A DNA stretch of 64,000 bases, taken from sequence record NC_055733.1, one strand, 5' to 3'. The notes beneath the pieces were generated by a model, which saw only the letters and a program-made list of their open reading frames with translations, was not told where the DNA came from and did no database searches. The translations under genes were made by a program, and so were the position numbers. Positions 11,238 to 24,176 of the stretch are shown piece by piece; within the stretch, counting starts at the first letter, position 1; each line of letters begins with the position of its first letter.

Positions 11238-12026
11238 ATGTTTGCACGTAATCAAAGCATGTTTGCCCAGCTCGAAACAGGAGCTGGGTACAGTAAGACT
11301 TATCAAAACGAAGTATTAAATCCGTATGTGAATAAACACGAATACGAGCCGACTCTTTCATTGCACGAAATGCTTGTTGCTGAATCTATTCAGATGACTG
11401 GCGTTGAAATGTATTATATTCGTCGTGAGTTTGTTAACTTTGATCGAATCTTTGGCGAAGATATGCAATCTAAATTTAAGAAAGCATATAAAGTCGCTAT
11501 GTATTTGGAGAGTTTCGATGAATATAGCGGACAGAGGGATTTCTTTTCGAAATTCGGTATGCAAGTCAATGACGAAATCACTTTGTCTGTTAGTCCAAAG
11601 TTGTTTCAGATTCAAGCAGACGGAGAACGAGTTAAGGAAGGAGATCTGATTTATTTCCCACTCAATAACAGTTTGTTTGAAGTTACCTGGGTAGAGCCTA
11701 GTTCGCCTGTTGTAAACCGCGAACAGCTCGCCAAATACAAAGTAACAGCACAGAAATTTATTTACAGTGGTGAGGAAATCAAGCCAGAGTTTGATCCAAA
11801 TCGATACGTGCTCGGAGACGATGACCCGCTATCTCAGATCAATGCACTTGACGGACGCGCGGATATCTCGGTGGACGAGTTCGCGGAAGATGACGCATTC
11901 AACGAAGAGTCGGAAGATTTTGTTGTTGAGTTTGACAACATTATCGGAAACGGTGCACCAATAGCAGAACACAAGCAAATTAATCCTGCTCCTGTTAGTG
12001 CATTCGATGATCTCGAATCGTTTTAA
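11238..12026 (+). CDS. 14: Neck protein gp14
   Basis: LVAESIQMTGVEMYYIRRE, FFSKFGMQVNDE, EGDLIYFP motifs. Confidence 0.93.
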   Translation: MFARNQSMFAQLETGAGYSKTYQNEVLNPYVNKHEYEPTLSLHEMLVAESIQMTGVEMYYIRREFVNFDRIFGEDMQSKFKKAYKVAMYLESFDEYSGQRDFFSKFGMQVNDEITLSVSPKLFQIQADGERVKEGDLIYFPLNNSLFEVTWVEPSSPVVNREQLAKYKVTAQKFIYSGEEIKPEFDPNRYVLGDDDPLSQINALDGRADISVDEFAEDDAFNEESEDFVVEFDNIIGNGAPIAEHKQINPAPVSAFDDLESF

Positions 12027-12037
12027 GTAAGAGCCCG

Positions 12038-12643
12038 TTATGGGCTCTTTTTGTATGTGGAACACAACTCACAAATTGCGTCCGATTTGATTCGACGCAA
12101 CGAGAGATCGAAGCTGCCGTGTTGCTTGCAAGTTACCTGATATTGTGTGCTGTTGCCAGCCCATCCGGAGACTTGACGAATTGTGTATCCGTGTTTCTTT
12201 GCGTACTCGCTGGTGATTTGAATAGCAAGATGCTTTGGCTTTTTATTTTGTATGCCAACGCATATAGTACAAGTTGGTGCGTCGAACATGACTTTACCTA
12301 CCTTCTCATAGAAAATGTGACCGTGCTCACAAGTCAAAGCGACCTGGCTTTCCCTGTGCCAATCCTCTTTTGGTGAGGGAGGCATATGGAGTTTAAACTT
12401 TGTGTTTGACAAGTTGCGACGCACCAGAGTCTCTTTTTGTTGGGCAGTGAACGGGTAGCGTCGATTGCACCAACACATGAGTCGTTCAATCTGTTGAAAA
12501 GTACCAGGGAACACAGGCTCACCTAGCCATGTTTTCTTTGAGCACTCTTCACAAACACAAGCATACACTTTGTTCCTAGCGTTGTCAACACAAATTATAC
12601 GTGTGATAGTGAAATGAACAATTTTCATACCGATTCTGTTCAT
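12038..12643 (-). CDS. Cys/His-rich zinc-ribbon-repeat protein resembling homing-endonuclease DNA-binding modules
   Basis: CEEC, CEHGH, CTIC, CKQHG, CELC motifs; antisense inside the late cluster; no HNH or GIY-YIG motif seen. Confidence 0.6.
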   Translation of the reverse strand: MNRIGMKIVHFTITRIICVDNARNKVYACVCEECSKKTWLGEPVFPGTFQQIERLMCWCNRRYPFTAQQKETLVRRNLSNTKFKLHMPPSPKEDWHRESQVALTCEHGHIFYEKVGKVMFDAPTCTICVGIQNKKPKHLAIQITSEYAKKHGYTIRQVSGWAGNSTQYQVTCKQHGSFDLSLRRIKSDAICELCSTYKKSP

Positions 12644-12683
12644 AATCTATTCTCTTCCAGAAAGTCGCGCCAGCGACTGCGAA

Positions 12684-12763
12684 GCTAACTTATTGATTTT
12701 ATTGAAGAAGACAAAATAGATTCTCATTAAAGATATATAAGAGATTTTATTTTGTCTTTTTAG
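12684..12763. repeat. 80-bp structured non-coding repeat, copy 1
   Basis: 76/80 identical to 49510-49589 by manual alignment; contains an 18-bp imperfect inverted repeat. Confidence 0.9.
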
Positions 12764-12810
12764 CGGCTATGCCGCAGTCTGCGACTAAATACAAGTAAAG
12801 GAGGATACCA

Positions 12811-13633
12811 ATGTTTGGGTATTTTTACAACAGTATTTCAAGACGCTACATTGTTCTAATGGGACAACTGTTCAACGGTGTACAGGTAGCGCGTGAACGA
12901 GACGGTAAAGTTTCGTATCAGAAAGTGCCGATCACATACGCCAGTAAAGAGCGGTTCACTATGAAGCTCAACAGTGTTAACAGTAACATCGACGAACATG
13001 GAGTTGCTCGCATTGAGACGATTTTGCCACGTATGAACTTGGAACTGATCGACATGGTATATAACCCTATGTTCAAGACTGGTGTCAACGTCAGATCCCA
13101 ATCTCTTGGTGCAGGTACTTCTGTGTCTCGTAATAATCCGGTACCATACAAGTATATGTTCAATCTGTCAATCGCTACCAGATTTGAGGATGATATGTTT
13201 CAGATTGTTGAACAAATATTGCCATATTTTCAACCAAACTTTACTACCAAGATCACGGAACTTCACGATAGTTTAACACCGGTTGATCGCGATATTCAGA
13301 TCACAATCCAAGGACTTTCTATTTCAGAAGATCTCGAAGGTGCATCTACCGAACGTCGTCGAATTCAGTGGGATATTACGTTTGAACTTGACGGCTGGCT
13401 ATATCCTCCAATTGCGAACTTGAAGGGCGAAATTAAGACAATTTATCTTGATTTCTATTCTAACAAGACTGAGTTGAAAACGAGCGAAGAAAATTTTGAA
13501 TCTGTTGACTTTGAAGTGGACCCAAGAACTACCACAAAAGAAAATTGGGACGGTAAATATATTCAGACAACAAGCGAGAATATTCCTATTCCAAAAGAGC
13601 CTACTAAACCGGGACCGAGAGGATTAAAACACA

Positions 13634-13641
<8 letters not shown>
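12811..13641 (+). CDS. 15: Tail terminator/sheath stabiliser gp15
   Basis: MFGYFYNSISRRYIVLMGQLF, KVPITYASKERF, ILPYFQP. Confidence 0.95.
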
Positions 13642-16037
<2,396 letters not shown>

Positions 16038-16046
16038 GGAAAACAA

Positions 16047-18086
16047 ATGGCATTACTTTCTCCGGGTGTAGAGACTAAAGAGATTAATTTGCAGACCACT
16101 ATTGCACGTTCTTCTACCGGGCGCGCCGCGCTTGTAGGGAAGTTCAACTGGGGTCCTGCTTATCAAATTTCCCAAGTAGTCTCAGAAGTTGATTTGGTAG
16201 ATAAATTTGGTCGCCCCGACGATCAAACCGCTGATAGTTTCTTTAGCGGAGTCAACTTCTTGAATTACGGCAACGATCTGCGTCTTGTCCGTGTTCTGAA
16301 TGAAACAAAGAGCCGTAACTCCTCTGCTCTATATGAGAGTCTGAGTTATACAATCACTTCTCCTGGCGTTGATTACAAAGTCGGTGATGTGGTAAACGTA
16401 TTGCAAGGCGGAAACGTTATTGCGAGTGGTAAAGTTACCGTAGTTAGTTCATCTGGCGGCATTGTCGCTTTTTATGTTCCAACTGCTGCTATTATCACCC
16501 GAGCAAAAGCTATTAACGATTATCCTGCTCTTGATAATGCATGGCAAATTCAATTTGCTGCCGGTGGTCCCGGATCTGGACAAGCTGCGACTGCTACTGT
16601 CGTTGGAATCAATCTGGACTCTACCATTTTCGTTCCTAACGATGAATATGCAATGGCTGCTATTTCTGAGCGTAGCGAAACTAAGCGCACTTTCATTGAT
16701 ATTTGCGAAGAAATGAAAGTTCCAGCTATTGCTGCTCGTTATGCTGGTACATACGGCGATAATATCAAAGTGTTGTTGATTGCATACAAGGATTATTACA
16801 AGTTCAACGAAGCTGGTAAAATCGTTAGCGTTAACACTATTAATCCGAAAGTATTCCCGTCTGGACTTGATTACGGTAACGTAACTCCTAGTTCTTATCT
16901 AGAATTTGGTCCGCAGAATAAAAATCAATTTGCTTTCATTGTTTTCAATAACGGCGTTGCTGTTGAATCTAAAGTTCTGAGTACCAAACCGGGAGATCGT
17001 GATATTTACGGAACAAGTATCTTCATTGACGAATATTTCGGCAACGGATATAGTGCATTCGTACAAGGCGTTTCTGAGTCTTGGCCTGTTGGATATACCG
17101 GTGTTCTTGCTCTAGGTGGCGGACAATCTGCTAATACCGATATTACTGCTGCTGAGTTCATGAAGGGCTGGGATATGTTTGCTGACCGCGAACACACCGA
17201 CGTTAACTTGTTTATCGCTGGTGCAGTTGCGGGCGAAGGAGCTAAAATCGCTTCTACTGTTCAAAAGGCAGTTGTTGCTATTGCGGACGAGCGTCGCGAC
17301 TGTCTTGTGCTTATTTCCCCTCCTCGCGAATATATGATCAATCAGCCAGCGGCTAGTGTTGTTCGTAAACTCGTTGACTGGAGACGTGGCGTTAACCAAG
17401 CTGGTATTTCCCTTGATGACAACATGAATATCGGCACCACTTATGCTTTCATTGACGGTAACTACAAATATCAATATGACAAGTATAATGACGTTAACCG
17501 TTGGATTCCGCTTGCCGCTGATATTGCTGGTCTGTGTGCTCGCACCGATACAGTTGGACAGCCATGGCAGTCTCCTGCCGGATTTAACCGTGGACAGATC
17601 GTGAACGTTATTAAACTAGCAGTTGATACCCGTCAAGCACACCGCGATGAAATGTATACCAACGGTATTAACCCAATCGTTGGCTTTGCTGGACAGGGAT
17701 ATATCCTGTACGGCGATAAGACTGCAAGCCAAGCGCCGACTCCGTTTGATCGTGTAAACGTTCGTCGTCTGTTTAACTTGCTGAAAAAGTCAATCAGCGA
17801 AAGCGCGAAATATAAACTGTTCGAATTGAACGACGCATTCACGCGCTCTAGTTTCCGTTCGGAAGTTGGATCTTATCTGGATACCATTCGTTCATTGGGC
17901 GGTATTTATGATTTCCGCGTTGTTTGTGACGAAAGCAATAACACTCCTGCGATCATTGATCGTAACGAGTTTGTGGCTACTATTCTGATCAAGCCAGCAC
18001 GTTCTATCAACTATATCACTCTGTCGTTCGTTGCTACTAGCACCGGTGCGGATTTCGATGAACTTGTTGGTAGTTTTCAACAGTAA
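16047..18086 (+). CDS. 18: Tail sheath gp18
   Basis: MALLSPGVETKEI, SPAGFNRGQI, RVNVRRLF. Confidence 0.97.
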   Translation: MALLSPGVETKEINLQTTIARSSTGRAALVGKFNWGPAYQISQVVSEVDLVDKFGRPDDQTADSFFSGVNFLNYGNDLRLVRVLNETKSRNSSALYESLSYTITSPGVDYKVGDVVNVLQGGNVIASGKVTVVSSSGGIVAFYVPTAAIITRAKAINDYPALDNAWQIQFAAGGPGSGQAATATVVGINLDSTIFVPNDEYAMAAISERSETKRTFIDICEEMKVPAIAARYAGTYGDNIKVLLIAYKDYYKFNEAGKIVSVNTINPKVFPSGLDYGNVTPSSYLEFGPQNKNQFAFIVFNNGVAVESKVLSTKPGDRDIYGTSIFIDEYFGNGYSAFVQGVSESWPVGYTGVLALGGGQSANTDITAAEFMKGWDMFADREHTDVNLFIAGAVAGEGAKIASTVQKAVVAIADERRDCLVLISPPREYMINQPAASVVRKLVDWRRGVNQAGISLDDNMNIGTTYAFIDGNYKYQYDKYNDVNRWIPLAADIAGLCARTDTVGQPWQSPAGFNRGQIVNVIKLAVDTRQAHRDEMYTNGINPIVGFAGQGYILYGDKTASQAPTPFDRVNVRRLFNLLKKSISESAKYKLFELNDAFTRSSFRSEVGSYLDTIRSLGGIYDFRVVCDESNNTPAIIDRNEFVATILIKPARSINYITLSFVATSTGADFDELVGSFQQ

Positions 18087-18138
18087 TCAATGAGGGGGCG
18101 AAAACTCCCCCTCTAAATAACTTCACAGAGGAATAAAA

Positions 18139-18627
18139 ATGGAACTAACGGATATCACCCGTGCATATTCCAACGGGGACTTTGCGCGTCCTAACTTGTT
18201 TGAAGTTGAAATTCCATTTATGGGCAAAGATTTCAAATTTAAATGTAAAGGCGCGTCTATGCCTCCTGGTGTAGTAGAGCCAGTTCCTGTAAGCTATCAG
18301 AATAAAAAGATGAAGCTGGCAGGAGATCGTACATTCGAAGACTGGACTATTACCGTCTATAACGACGAAGCACACAACACACGCCAACAATTTATTGAGT
18401 GGCAAAATCTGGCACAAGCTCTTGATCGTAATATTCTGGGCGAAGCTCCTGCGTCTTACAAGAAAGAGGCTACGGTTCGTCAACTTGATCGTAAAGGAAG
18501 ACAAACTCGTCAATATACCGTTTATGGCGCATGGCCAACGAATATTGCTGAGATTGCTCTCTCATGGGATCAGAACAACGAAGTTGAAACGTTTGAAGTC
18601 ACTTTGTCTATTGACTGGTGGCAGTAA
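18139..18627 (+). CDS. 19: Tail tube gp19
   Basis: DFARPNLFEVEI, KLAGDRTFEDWTITVYND. Confidence 0.97.
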   Translation: MELTDITRAYSNGDFARPNLFEVEIPFMGKDFKFKCKGASMPPGVVEPVPVSYQNKKMKLAGDRTFEDWTITVYNDEAHNTRQQFIEWQNLAQALDRNILGEAPASYKKEATVRQLDRKGRQTRQYTVYGAWPTNIAEIALSWDQNNEVETFEVTLSIDWWQ

Positions 18628-18705
18628 TATAAAGAATGGGCGTAAATCGCCCGTTCATTAATGTCTCTTTTTGAGACAACTAAATAGTATAAGAAGGAGA
18701 CATTA

Positions 18706-20271
18706 ATGAACACTATTTTTCTAAAGCTATTGCAGCCTTGGATGAAGGACGACGAAAAACGAGTTCAATCCGATATTTCAGATCGTATCGATTCATTCGC
18801 TGTTCCTGATAATGCCGACGGTGCAATCGAAGTTGATAAACAAATTGACACAACTGCTCCAAAAACGGCAATTGTTCAGTCTGTTCTCGGATACGCTCCG
18901 AAAATACAAAATACCAAAGACTTGATTAACCAATATCGTAGTCTTTCTAAATATCACGAAGTTGATAATGCAATTGATGAAATTATTAATGACGCAATCG
19001 TTCAAGAAGACAACCGCGATACCGTTTATTTGGATCTCGATAAGACTGATTGGAACGAAAGTGTCAAAGAAATGGTACGAGAAGAATTCCGTACTATTCT
19101 AAAACTGTTGAAGTTTGAGCGAGAAGGAAAGCGTCATTTCAGACGTTGGTATGTCGATAGTCGTATCTACTTCCACAAGATGATTGACCCGGCTCGTCCA
19201 AAAGACGGAATAAAAGAACTGCGTTTGCTTGATCCGCGTAACGTTGAATACTATCGCGTTAACTTGAAATCAAACGAAAACGGCAATGATGTTTATAAGG
19301 GAGTGAAAGAATTTTTCACTTACGGCGCAACGGAAGATAACAGATACAACATTAGCGGTAACTCCAATAATCTTGTTCAGATTCCGATTGACGCAATCGT
19401 ATATGCTCATAGTGGCAAAGTTGATATCGACGGCAAAACAATCGTTGGTTATCTTCATAACGTAATTAAGCCAGCCAACCAACTCAAAATGCTCGAAGAT
19501 GCAATGGTAATTTACCGTATCACTCGCGCTCCTGAGCGTCGTGTTTTCTATATCGACGTTGGTAACATGCCGAATAAGAAGGCAACGCAACATCTAAATA
19601 ACGTTATGCAGGGACTAAAGAATCGCGTTGTTTATGATAGCTCTACTGGTAAAGTCAAAAACAGCTCCAATAATCTCTCCATGACGGAAGATTACTGGTT
19701 GATGCGTAGAGACGGTAAAGCTACTACCGAAGTTTCCACGCTTCCTGGTGCGCAATCCATGGGCGAAATGGATGATGTTCGTTGGTTTAATCGTAAACTA
19801 TATGAATCTATGAAAATTCCGCTTAGTCGTTTGCCGCAAGAAGGAGCTGGTGTTACATTCGGTTCTGGTAATGATATCACTCGCGACGAACTGCAATTTA
19901 CCAAGTTTATAAGAGGTCTACAACAACAGTTTGAGCCTATTTTCTTGAATCCGCTTAAAACAAATCTGATGCTAAAAGGCAAAATGAGTGATTTGGAGTG
20001 GGAAGAACAGGCAGAGAATATCAAGGTTGTTTTCTCAAAGGACTCTTATTACGAAGAGATTAAAGATGTTGAGATTCTGGAACGTCGAGTCAATTTAGTG
20101 CAAACCCTTGCTTCCGCGGAAGTCACTGGTAAGTATTTGTCTCATGAATACGTGATGAAAAACATTCTGCGTATGAGCGACGAAGATATTAAGACTGAGC
20201 GGGAAAAGATTGACGGTGAACTAAAGGATTCCGTTTATAAAAACCCAGATGATCCTATGGAGGAATTTTAA
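18706..20271 (+). CDS. 20: Portal protein gp20
   Basis: FRRWYVDSRIYFHK, YRITRAPERRVFYIDVGNMP, EDYWLMRRDG. Confidence 0.97.
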   Translation: MNTIFLKLLQPWMKDDEKRVQSDISDRIDSFAVPDNADGAIEVDKQIDTTAPKTAIVQSVLGYAPKIQNTKDLINQYRSLSKYHEVDNAIDEIINDAIVQEDNRDTVYLDLDKTDWNESVKEMVREEFRTILKLLKFEREGKRHFRRWYVDSRIYFHKMIDPARPKDGIKELRLLDPRNVEYYRVNLKSNENGNDVYKGVKEFFTYGATEDNRYNISGNSNNLVQIPIDAIVYAHSGKVDIDGKTIVGYLHNVIKPANQLKMLEDAMVIYRITRAPERRVFYIDVGNMPNKKATQHLNNVMQGLKNRVVYDSSTGKVKNSSNNLSMTEDYWLMRRDGKATTEVSTLPGAQSMGEMDDVRWFNRKLYESMKIPLSRLPQEGAGVTFGSGNDITRDELQFTKFIRGLQQQFEPIFLNPLKTNLMLKGKMSDLEWEEQAENIKVVFSKDSYYEEIKDVEILERRVNLVQTLASAEVTGKYLSHEYVMKNILRMSDEDIKTEREKIDGELKDSVYKNPDDPMEEF

Positions 20272-20433
20272 ATGAATGAATTTATGAAAGCAGTATCAGA
20301 AGGAGATTTTGTCTCCGCAAAGACCGCGTTTAATAACGAAATGTCCATTCGCACTGCCGCTGCGGTACAACGCCGTAGAGAAGAAATCGCGGCAACTGCG
20401 GCTCCGATGTCCGATTATAGCTGCGATGAATAA
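20272..20433 (+). CDS. 67: Prohead core protein gp67 (53 aa, absent from the ORF track)
   Basis: Hand-translated MNEFMKAVSEGDFVSAKTAF...RRREEIAA; lies between g20 and g68. Confidence 0.8.
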   Translation: MNEFMKAVSEGDFVSAKTAFNNEMSIRTAAAVQRRREEIAATAAPMSDYSCDE

Positions 20434-20477
20434 TAAGAGCGGGAATAATTCCCGCTTGTAAACTAAGAAGGTGACCA

Positions 20478-20951
20478 ATGTCAAAAGAACTTGTGACAGC
20501 AAAGTGGAAAGCTTCCGTGCATGGTCGTATTATCGAGTCGGATGAGGAACTAAGTATTCTCGAAGAACTGGTATCAGAATGCAAACCTAGCGTTGCTGGC
20601 CGTCTGGAAGAAATGAAAAAGATTCTTGGCGATTCTGTGAATACCGTGCTGGAAAACATGCTAAATACAGATGAAGCAATTGAAGCGTTTGCCATGTTGT
20701 CGATTAACGATGCGGAAGAAATTCAGGAAGCAATCGTCAAGCGCGTTGACGCTCTTGGAATCGTAACTCGTCTAAAAGATCGTAAGACTCGCGAACGTCA
20801 AGCAACACAAACAACTGGCCTATCTAAAGCCGCAAGACGTCAAATTGCCCGTAAAGCTGCTAAAACAAAACGCGCCCATCCGAATATCACCCGGAAAGCG
20901 GTTCGTAAGCAGAAAAAGGCAATGAAAAAACGTCACCAGATGGGGCTGTAA
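20478..20951 (+). CDS. 68: Prohead core protein gp68
   Basis: IVKRVDALG...RQATQTTGLSKAARRQIARKAAKTKRA. Confidence 0.93.
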   Translation: MSKELVTAKWKASVHGRIIESDEELSILEELVSECKPSVAGRLEEMKKILGDSVNTVLENMLNTDEAIEAFAMLSINDAEEIQEAIVKRVDALGIVTRLKDRKTRERQATQTTGLSKAARRQIARKAAKTKRAHPNITRKAVRKQKKAMKKRHQMGL

Positions 20952-20953
20952 AT

Positions 20954-21583
20954 ATGACTGAGCCGTATCTGTTAACCGAAGACTGGGGACAACCTGGTAG
21001 AGTCGGCGATGCCAATGTTGTCGTTGAATCAATTGAAAGTGACGGAAAACTTTATATTGAGGGTATTTTCATGCAATCCGAAGTTGTTAATGGCAACAAA
21101 CGGATGTACCCGAAAAAAGTATTACAGGAAGCCGTTGCTAAATACATTAAAGAACAGGTTGATACAAAACAGGCTCTTGGTGAATTAAATCACCCAGCTC
21201 GCGCTAACGTTGATCCTCTACATGCAGCAATCATTATCGAAAAGCTGGAAATGCGCGGAAATGACGTTTGGGGACGTGCCAGAGTTATCGAAGGTGATTA
21301 TGCGGAAGGCGATAAAACTGCCGCTCTAATTCGTGCTGGTTGGATTCCGGGCGTAAGCTCACGTGGTTTGGGTACCGTAAAAGCGAACCGTTATGGTATT
21401 AACGAGGTTCAAGAAGGTTTTAGATTAACTGTTGGTGTTGATGTTGTTTGGGGGCCAAGTGCGCCTAATGCATATGTTAAACCGGTAGTAGAATCTCTGT
21501 CTGCTCATATTGAGGAAAAGGAGAAAGTTAGCAATAACGAAGCTTTTCTGGCATTGGCGGAAGCGTTAAAAAACCTTAACTAA
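20954..21583 (+). CDS. 21: Prohead protease gp21
   Basis: LYIEGIFMQSEVVNGNKRMYP, ALGELNHP, GVSSRGLG. Confidence 0.96.
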   Translation: MTEPYLLTEDWGQPGRVGDANVVVESIESDGKLYIEGIFMQSEVVNGNKRMYPKKVLQEAVAKYIKEQVDTKQALGELNHPARANVDPLHAAIIIEKLEMRGNDVWGRARVIEGDYAEGDKTAALIRAGWIPGVSSRGLGTVKANRYGINEVQEGFRLTVGVDVVWGPSAPNAYVKPVVESLSAHIEEKEKVSNNEAFLALAEALKNLN

Positions 21584-21614
21584 ATACATGTATAACAACT
21601 ACCGAGGATTTAAA

Positions 21615-22412
21615 ATGTCTATTAAAGACCAACTGCTTTCAGAAGCAAAGAATATTACCCTTGGCGTTGAACTGGACAGCATTTTCGAGTCCGTTGAACT
21701 GGCACCAGAAGTTAAGGCCAAGTTCAGCACCGTTTTCGAATCCGTTGTTAAAGAACACGCCGTAAAACTGGCCGAGTCACACGTTGAGCAAATTGCCGAA
21801 GAAGCTGATCGTCTGGTTGAAGAAAAATCTGCCGAGAAAGTTGAACAGCTTTCTGAGCAAGTAAACAAGTATTTCGATCATCTTGTCGAAAACTGGATGG
21901 AAGAAAACAAAATCGCAGTTGATAACGGTATCAAGGTTCAAATGTTTGAATCTCTGCTGGGCTCAATGAAAGCTGTTTTTGTAGAACACAACGTTGTTGT
22001 TCCTGAGGAATCCGTTGATGTAGTTGCAGAGATGGAAGAAGAACTCCGCGAAGCTCGTCAAGAATTGAATGGTGCGCTGGATAAAGTTTCCGAACTGAAA
22101 GAAAGCATTGTTTCAATTAAGCGCGATCAAATTGTTGCCGAAGCAACTAAAGATCTAACTGAGATTCAAAAAGGTAAAGTAATGTCACTGTCCGAGGGTA
22201 TCCCATTTGGCGAAACTTTCTCTGATAAGCTGACTGCCATTGTTGAGATGGTAAGTGCGGTTAAACCGCAAGAACAGCCAGTAACTCAAGTAAACGAAAA
22301 TCTGAATTTCGTTGAACTGGAAACAACTGTTGAGCCGATTGTAGAAAATAAAGAAACTTCTACCGCTCCGCAAATTGATCCTGCAGTCGCTGGTTATCTG
22401 AACTTTATCTGA
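21615..22412 (+). CDS. 22: Prohead scaffold gp22
   Basis: Acidic coiled coil, KYFDHLVENWMEENKIAVDNGIK. Confidence 0.93.
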   Translation: MSIKDQLLSEAKNITLGVELDSIFESVELAPEVKAKFSTVFESVVKEHAVKLAESHVEQIAEEADRLVEEKSAEKVEQLSEQVNKYFDHLVENWMEENKIAVDNGIKVQMFESLLGSMKAVFVEHNVVVPEESVDVVAEMEEELREARQELNGALDKVSELKESIVSIKRDQIVAEATKDLTEIQKGKVMSLSEGIPFGETFSDKLTAIVEMVSAVKPQEQPVTQVNENLNFVELETTVEPIVENKETSTAPQIDPAVAGYLNFI

Positions 22413-22477
22413 TACTAAATACTATCAGATAAGAATGATTGTCTTTAATAAAAACTTTTTCATAAGGAAACAAAAGA

Positions 22478-24090
22478 ATGTCTAAGAAATCTCTCCTGAA
22501 AAAATGGCAGCCGCTGGTAGAAAGTGAAGGTATGCCTGCTATTGCTTCTATGAAGCGTAAGGATATCGTCGCTCGTATCTTCGAAAACCAGGACGAAGAT
22601 ATTGCACATAACGAAGGTGGTGTGTATACTGATCAGGTAGTTGTTAACTCCATGATCGACGTTAAAGGTCGTATCAACGAAGCTAAAGAAAAAGCACTGG
22701 CAGAAGCAACATCGGCGGTGATCACGGCTACGATGCTGCTAAGATTGCATCTGGTGAAACTACTGGTTCTATCACCAACGTTGGTCCTGCTGTTATGGGT
22801 CTGGTGCGTCGCGCTATTCCGCAACTGATTGCGTTTGATATTTGCGGTGTTCAGCCAATGACTAGCTCTACCGGTCAAGTGTTTACTCTGCGTGCCATTT
22901 ACGGCGGCAACTCTCAAGACGCTAGCGCTCGCGAAGCTTTCCACCCGACTTTCGGCCCAGACGCTGATTTCTCCGGTCGTGGCGCTGCTCAAGATATCGC
23001 TGAGTTTGCCCGTGGTAATACATTCGCTACCGGCGCGTTCGCTAAACTGCACATCGAAGCTGCTACCGGTGTTCAAGCTGGTACCAAGACTGTTCAGTTT
23101 ATCAAGGACTATACTATCGACGCTCTGCCTGCCGATCAAGTTGAAGCCGGTCTGGCTTACAAGTGGCTACTGGCTAACGGTTACGCTGTAGAAACAAGCT
23201 CTGCAATGGCTACCGCTTTTGCTGAACTGCAACAAGGTTTCAACGGTTCTACCGATAACGAGTGGAACGAAATGTCCTTCCGTATTGACAAGCAAGTTGT
23301 TGAAGCTAAATCTCGCCAACTGAAAGCTCAATACTCTATCGAAATGGCACAAGACCTGCGCGCGGTTCACGGTCTGGACGCTGACAGCGAACTGTCTAGC
23401 ATTCTGGCTAATGAAATCATGCACGAAATCAACCGTGAAATGGTTCTGTGGATTAACGCTACTGCTAAAGTAGGTAAGACTGGTTGGACTAACATGCACG
23501 GCGGTAAAGCTGGTGTGTTCGACTTCCAAGACACCAAAGATATTCGTGGTGCTCGTTGGGCTGGTGAAAGCTACAAAGCTCTGGTAGTTCAGATCGACAA
23601 AGAAGCTAACGAAATCGCCCGTCAAACCGGTCGCGGTCAAGGTAACTTCATCATCTGTTCACGTAACGTTGCCGCTGCTCTGGGTCACACCGACATGCTG
23701 GTTACCCCGGCTGCTCTGGGTGCTAACACCACTATGAACACCGACACCACTTCTAGCCTGTTCGCTGGTGTTCTGGCTGGTAAGTATCGTGTGTATATCG
23801 ATCAGTACGCTGTTGAAGATTACTTCACCGTGGGTTACAAAGGCGCTTCTGAAATGGATGCTGGCCTGTACTACTGCCCATACGTTGCGCTGACTCCGCT
23901 GCGTGGTACCGATCCTAAGAACTTCCAACCTGTTCTGGGCTTCAAGACTCGTTACGGTGTTAAACTGCACCCGATGGCTGACGCTACCCAGAATAAAGGG
24001 TTCGCTAAGATCAGCAACGGTATGCCGCAACACACCAACATGTTCGGTAAGAATGCGTTCTTCCGTCGTGTACTGGTAGCTGGTGTTTAA
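22478..24090 (+). CDS. 23: Major capsid protein gp23 (1-nt deletion near 22708)
   Basis: Adding one A gives AEANIGGDHGYDAAKIASG, continuous with GLVRRAIPQLIAFDICGVQPM. Confidence 0.97.
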
Positions 24091-24108
24091 TCGTTAAGAT
24101 AACACAAC

Positions 24109-24137
24109 AAGAGGGAGGGCGCAAGCTCTCCCTTTTT
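24109..24137 (+). terminator. Intrinsic terminator after g23
   Basis: GGGAGGGC-GCAA-GCTCTCCC followed by a T run. Confidence 0.8.
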
Positions 24138-24176
24138 GTTTATAAATAACACAAGAAACCCACAGGGAGTCATTAA

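Noticed and set aside
12038-12643. Active HNH or GIY-YIG homing endonuclease
   Set aside because: No catalytic motif recognised; only Zn-binding modules are present.
22478-24090. g23, g12, g13, wac and alt as pseudogenes or programmed frameshifts
   Set aside because: Each is repaired by one base, there is no consistent slippery heptamer or downstream structure, and the genes are essential. Sequencing error is far more likely.
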